Shown here piece after piece: positions 59,838-64,000 of a stretch of 64,000 nucleotides of DNA. Below the pieces are notes generated by a model. The model made no database searches, was not told the DNA's origin, and saw only the letters and a list, made by a program, of their open reading frames with translations. The position numbers and the translations under genes were made by a program. The DNA lies in NCBI GenBank assembly GCA_964347325.1, contig CAYFYA010000004.1, positions 2,383 through 66,382 of the forward strand. The letters are read 5' to 3'. Positions within the stretch are counted from its first letter, which is position 1; the number at the start of each line of letters is the position of its first letter. The DNA comes from an uncultured Methanomassiliicoccales archaeon. Lineage in GTDB: Archaea; Thermoplasmatota; Thermoplasmata; RBG-16-68-12; JAJISG01.

Positions 59838-61193
59838 TTGCCCCCGGGGGGAGGAGCCCTGTCCGATCCAGCGATAATGGCCATGTTCGCGATCGTCATG
59901 GTCGTGACCTACGTCCTCATCGCCTACGAGAGGATACACAAGACCACCGCCGCCCTTGTCGGGGCCGGTATCGCCATACTCCTGGGCGTCTTCCTGGGAG
60001 TGTTCCCCTACCCCACGATTTATGATTTCCTCACGGACGACCTAAGCGTCATCGGCGTCATCGTCGGGACGGGCATCCTCGTCGCCGTTACTTCCCGTTC
60101 AGGCCTTTTCCAGTTCATCGGCATCAAGATCGTCAAGGCGACGGAGGGGGACAGGGTCCGTCTCTTCCTCTACCTCAACATACTTACCTTTGCCTTCGTC
60201 AGCTTCCTCACCATTGTTCCCTCGATGTTCATCATCGTCTCGCTGACACTGGTGGCCTGCCGCGTTTTGGATTACGACCCCAAGCCCTATCTGGTGAGCG
60301 AGGCCATCGTGGCCAACGCCGGAGCCCTCACCACGTATGCTAGCAGCCTCCCGAATCTGATCATCGGGACGGCCGCCAACATCCCCTACGTCGACTTCCT
60401 CGTGGTCTCCGCTCCTTTCGCCCTCGTTAGCCTTGGAGTGGCTGTCGCCTTCCTTTATCTTGTCTCGAGGCGCAGCCTGAGTGTCGAATACTCCCAGCTT
60501 CGGTCGGAGCAGCTTCGTGCCAAGGTCGCGGAGTTCGACGAGTGGAGTGTCGTGAGGGACATGACGTTCTTCCGCAGGTCGGGGGTCATCCTTGGGGGAA
60601 CCGTCCTCGGCTTCGTTTTCGCCCAGCAGCTTGGCATCGGCCTTGAATTCATTGCCTTGTCGGGGGCCACGGCGGCCCTGCTCCTGTCAGGGATCCACAC
60701 CGAGGAGGCCATTCGTCAGGTCAACTGGCCCATAGTCATCTTCTTCGTCGGGTTGTTCACGCTCATTGCGGCCGTGCAAGCATCTGGTCTCTTGAGGGCG
60801 GCTGCCCTGGGGCTGCTGAATCTCACTGGCGGTGATGTGGCGGCAACGCAGACCCTCCTTCTCTGGTTCTCTGCCGGATCCTCGGCCATCATCGACAATA
60901 TACCCGTCTCCGCCACTCTGGTACCGATGGTCAAGGCCATAGGGGCCGCGGGGGTGAACACCACGCCCTTTTGGTGGAGTGTAATCATCGGTGCCAACCT
61001 TGGAGGGAGCATCACCCCCATAGGTAGCATCAGCTGTGTCATTGCACTGCACTCCCTCGAGACGGAGGCCAAGATTCGCGTCTCTTGGCTCGAGTTCATC
61101 AAGATAGGCGGAGCGGTTGCGGCCCTACAGATGTTGGCCGCAACGGCATACCTCCTTCTGCTGACCTCTTTCAACTTGATTCCGGCTGGGTGA
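59838..61193 (+). CDS. ArsB/NhaD-superfamily (citrate/anion transporter-like) permease
   Basis: About 12 TM segments with internal duplication. Includes AIIDNIPVSATLVPM and GANLGGSITPIGS hairpin-like motifs. Confidence 0.7.
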   Translation: MPPGGGALSDPAIMAMFAIVMVVTYVLIAYERIHKTTAALVGAGIAILLGVFLGVFPYPTIYDFLTDDLSVIGVIVGTGILVAVTSRSGLFQFIGIKIVKATEGDRVRLFLYLNILTFAFVSFLTIVPSMFIIVSLTLVACRVLDYDPKPYLVSEAIVANAGALTTYASSLPNLIIGTAANIPYVDFLVVSAPFALVSLGVAVAFLYLVSRRSLSVEYSQLRSEQLRAKVAEFDEWSVVRDMTFFRRSGVILGGTVLGFVFAQQLGIGLEFIALSGATAALLLSGIHTEEAIRQVNWPIVIFFVGLFTLIAAVQASGLLRAAALGLLNLTGGDVAATQTLLLWFSAGSSAIIDNIPVSATLVPMVKAIGAAGVNTTPFWWSVIIGANLGGSITPIGSISCVIALHSLETEAKIRVSWLEFIKIGGAVAALQMLAATAYLLLLTSFNLIPAG

Positions 61194-61197
61194 GAAC

Positions 61198-62136
61198 ATG
61201 GGCTTTGGGAGGAAAGATGTGGAGAGGATCGTCGAAGAGCACTTGGAGGCCTTCGAAGAGGCGCTGATTGGCAGGGTGGAGTTGACGGTGCCGAGGGTTG
61301 AAACAGTACTTCTGGCCCTCGACCGGTCTGAACAAGACGAACTGGTGATCGCCCTGGGCGGGCTCCTCTCTCAGAGGCTCTCTGCTTCGCTGGTAGTGAC
61401 GGGCGGGTTCCCAGAGGACATTGCCGACGCGACGGAGGAGTACATCTCGGAGGTCAAACAAAGGCTTCGCAATGTGGGCGTCGAGGCGAGGGCACTCTGG
61501 CCCACAGGCGAGGAGTCGTATGATAAGATTCTCACCACCATTGACGATGCAGAGGCCGACCTGTTGATCTTGCCTGCTCCCTACTTCCGGGATCTCGAGT
61601 CCCTAGGGGAGGAGAGTGTTGGGACGAACTTAGATGTCATCCTGGCTCGCTCCCCTGTTCCAGTTCTCGTGGTCCGAGATCCCAAGCCCCGACCAGAGGA
61701 GGTCCTGGGTCAAGTCCGCCTGGCGATTTACGATGTTACACACCTCAGTAAGGCCGCAACCGAGTGGGCAATATTGCTGTCCAGGGAGGGTCGACTGGAG
61801 ACCCTCGCTGTCGTGGAGAAGGAGGTTGTCGAGCTAATGGAGGAGGCCTTGGCTCCTGAGAGCGTTGCCGAGAGGGATCTTGCCGAGCGCCTGTCGCGGG
61901 AACTCATCCCTCTGGTTTCCGCGGTCCTCCGTCGGTGTGATGAGATGGAGGTACCCTGCGATGTGAAGTATGAGACCGAGGACTTGGTGGAGGCCATAGT
62001 GGGGGATGACGATAGGGCGGATAGGCTGATCGTAATGAGAGGGTACAGTGCCCACGATAGGCCGGGAGAGAAGGTTGCTCGCGATGTCATCCCCCGGACC
62101 CGGGCAGCCGTCCTCGTAGTGAAGGGATCCCCGTAG
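61198..62136 (+). CDS. Tandem universal stress protein (UspA) domain protein
   Basis: Two alpha/beta halves end in PVLVVR and AAVLVVKG. It starts 4 nt after the permease stop. Confidence 0.7.
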   Translation: MGFGRKDVERIVEEHLEAFEEALIGRVELTVPRVETVLLALDRSEQDELVIALGGLLSQRLSASLVVTGGFPEDIADATEEYISEVKQRLRNVGVEARALWPTGEESYDKILTTIDDAEADLLILPAPYFRDLESLGEESVGTNLDVILARSPVPVLVVRDPKPRPEEVLGQVRLAIYDVTHLSKAATEWAILLSREGRLETLAVVEKEVVELMEEALAPESVAERDLAERLSRELIPLVSAVLRRCDEMEVPCDVKYETEDLVEAIVGDDDRADRLIVMRGYSAHDRPGEKVARDVIPRTRAAVLVVKGSP

Positions 62137-62141
62137 CGGAC

Positions 62142-63368
62142 CTAGAAGACGTCTATCTCTCCCTTGACGAACCTAAAGGTGAGGTCGGAGACCTTGGCCA
62201 AGCCCGTGTCAATGATCGACTCGACCTCCGCCGCGACCTTGGAGAGAGGCACTCCCTTGGCCATGATTACCTGCGCCGTTGCAGCCTGAGGATAGTCGAT
62301 GGGCTTCCCAATCTGAGAGACAATCCTCAGGTGGACCTCCTCGATGTCGCCTTGACCCATGTCGTGGATCTCACCTGCAAGCTCCCTGGCGAGGACGTTG
62401 TAGAGCTTACCCACATGGGTGACTGGATTCTTGCCCGCGCAGGCCTCAAGGCTCATGGGTCTGTAGGGTGTTATCAGTCCGTTTGCTCGATTGCCACGGC
62501 CGACGGAGCCATCGTCCCCGTTTTCCATCGACAGGCCGGTTACAGTCAGGTAGTATACGCCAGTCTCGTAGTTGTCGCCCGTGTTGATGTCCACCGTCAC
62601 GCTCCTCTCTGTGTGTTTCTTGCTTAGATCTAGAATCGAGTCTGCCAGCTGTTCCTTCACGCTGGCGTAGTGGCCCTTGTCGGGTATGTTCCGGTCAACC
62701 ATGGCGGCTGCGATGGTAAGTCTGATGCTGTCTTGGCGACGAACCCCCATGACCTTGATGTCATGGCCTACCTCGGGGAGCTTCTTCTTCAGACCCCCGT
62801 TGATGAACCTCTCAGTCTCGAGGACCAGCTTCTCCGTCTCGCTCAGCGGAGCGAAGCTCACGCCAAAGGAGGTGTCATTGGAAAGGTGCTTCTGCGTATC
62901 GTAGAGGGCCGTGAGGTCCACCGATCCTCTGCCTATGAGGCAGTCGATGGTCACGTCCGTGTCCACATCCAGGTTGGTGCAGGTCTTCCGCAGGTAGTCC
63001 TTCGCGGCCTTCACGGCGGCTGACCGGAAGGGGAGCCTCTCACCATTCACCTCGGTGGTCGCCCTCCCGACAAGGATAATCTTGGCGGGCTCCAGTACAG
63101 CTCCACCTCCGAAGCGGGGCGCTGATTGCCCGCCGACAATCTGTAGCTCGTCCGTGTTGTGGTGGAGGATGCGGCCGAACCTCTCTATATACATGTTGGA
63201 GAGAGCTCTTGACACAGATTCAGCCAGGGCGTCGGCGATGCTGTCTGGATGGCCAATTCCCTTTCTCTCCACGATTTCGCTGTAGTGCGCCTCGATGGGC
63301 GTGTGGGCGAGTTGCTCAACGATGATGTTCCTAGCCACGTAATCCCCCCAGGGGGTGAGGCTCTGCAA
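62142..63368 (-). CDS. Archaeal-type S-adenosylmethionine synthetase (methionine adenosyltransferase)
   Basis: ERKGIGHPDSIADALAE, about 400 aa, with a GDDGSVGRGNRANGLITP loop. Start is TTG at 63368 or GTG at 63338. Confidence 0.88.
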   Translation of the reverse strand: MQSLTPWGDYVARNIIVEQLAHTPIEAHYSEIVERKGIGHPDSIADALAESVSRALSNMYIERFGRILHHNTDELQIVGGQSAPRFGGGAVLEPAKIILVGRATTEVNGERLPFRSAAVKAAKDYLRKTCTNLDVDTDVTIDCLIGRGSVDLTALYDTQKHLSNDTSFGVSFAPLSETEKLVLETERFINGGLKKKLPEVGHDIKVMGVRRQDSIRLTIAAAMVDRNIPDKGHYASVKEQLADSILDLSKKHTERSVTVDINTGDNYETGVYYLTVTGLSMENGDDGSVGRGNRANGLITPYRPMSLEACAGKNPVTHVGKLYNVLARELAGEIHDMGQGDIEEVHLRIVSQIGKPIDYPQAATAQVIMAKGVPLSKVAAEVESIIDTGLAKVSDLTFRFVKGEIDVF

Positions 63369-63380
63369 AGCTCGAGGTTC

Positions 63381-64000
63381 TTATATTTCTTTCTCCAGGG
63401 TGCGGAGTTCGCCGTCGGGATAGGGTACGCTGTACTCCAAGAAGTCGTGGGCCACCTGAGAATGCGGGAATATCTTCTTGGCCTCGGCCTCCATGGCTGC
63501 CGGGTCCCCGTATCGGGGGCTTATGTGTGTCAGAAAGAGCACCTGGGCGCCACTCTCCTTGGCGATCAGGGCAGCCTGCCGGGCCGAAGAGTGGCCATAC
63601 TCGTTGGCCTGCTCCTCCAGGGCGGACTCAACCGTGGAGTCGTGAATCAGTACGTCGCACTCGTTAGCAAAGGGGGCCAGCCGCGGGTTGGGACGCGTGT
63701 CGGAGGTGTACACAATCTTCCGACCCCGCCTGGGCGGTCCCACCACCATCTCGGGCCTGATGATCTTTCCCTTCCACTCGACGGTTTCTCCCATCTGCAG
63801 CTTCCTGTACATAGGACCCTCCGGTAGTCCCAGCTCCTTGGCCTTGTCGAGGTCGAACCTACCTGGACGCACCTTCTCCTCGAGGCAGAAGGTAAGCGTG
63901 GGCACCTGATGGTCTGACCGAATGCACCTGATGTGGTACTCGCCGCAGTCCACCTCATCACCCGAGGCCATGTCGTGGACCCTGGTCTCAAAGGTGGGCT
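63381..64000 (-). CDS. rnz: Ribonuclease Z (tRNA 3' endonuclease), C-terminal part; the gene continues beyond the right edge
   Basis: KIVYTSDTRP, LIHDSTV, EYGHSSARQAALIAKESGAQVLFLTHISPRY. The frame stays open to base 64000 and the HxHxDH motif is not yet reached. Confidence 0.8.
   Translation of the reverse strand, partial: PTFETRVHDMASGDEVDCGEYHIRCIRSDHQVPTLTFCLEEKVRPGRFDLDKAKELGLPEGPMYRKLQMGETVEWKGKIIRPEMVVGPPRRGRKIVYTSDTRPNPRLAPFANECDVLIHDSTVESALEEQANEYGHSSARQAALIAKESGAQVLFLTHISPRYGDPAAMEAEAKKIFPHSQVAHDFLEYSVPYPDGELRTLEKEI

Overview
High-GC (about 60%), densely coding archaeal chromosomal segment. Archaeal hallmarks are RpoL/Rpo11, TFS, PCNA, Elp3, archaeal-type SAM synthetase, SRP54, the HMG-CoA synthase/thiolase/DUF35 trio, and intron-containing tRNAs. 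I cannot place the lineage more precisely by eye. About 60 protein genes and 5 tRNA genes (Pro, Leu, Thr, Phe, Tyr) are supportable. I saw no rRNA, CRISPR array, transposase or integrase. Most of the window is housekeeping: mevalonate pathway, GlyRS, PGK, SHMT, TruD, RNase HI, RNase Z, UDG and a phosphate uptake module. Three things stand out. (1) A predicted GTPase gene (11071..12406) is interrupted by a 31-nt element. The element folds into a textbook bulge-helix-bulge splice motif, and removing it exactly restores the reading frame, so it is a candidate mRNA intron. (2) A roughly 17-kb accessory locus (26272..43496) combines several unusual parts. These are a DnaA-type AAA+ protein fused to a DUF835-like domain, two KaiC/FlaH-like ATPases, two cytoplasmic zinc-ribbon/coiled-coil proteins and a 1475-aa surface protein with a zinc-ribbon cytoplasmic tail. 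A tight operon on the opposite strand adds two FlaI/PilB-like ATPases, a FlaJ/PilC-like platform split by one in-frame TAG, and a class-III-signal pilin-like protein. (3) A 548-codon beta-helix ORF at the left edge is missing from the supplied ORF track. All calls come from reading motifs by eye; no similarity search or RNA folding program was run.
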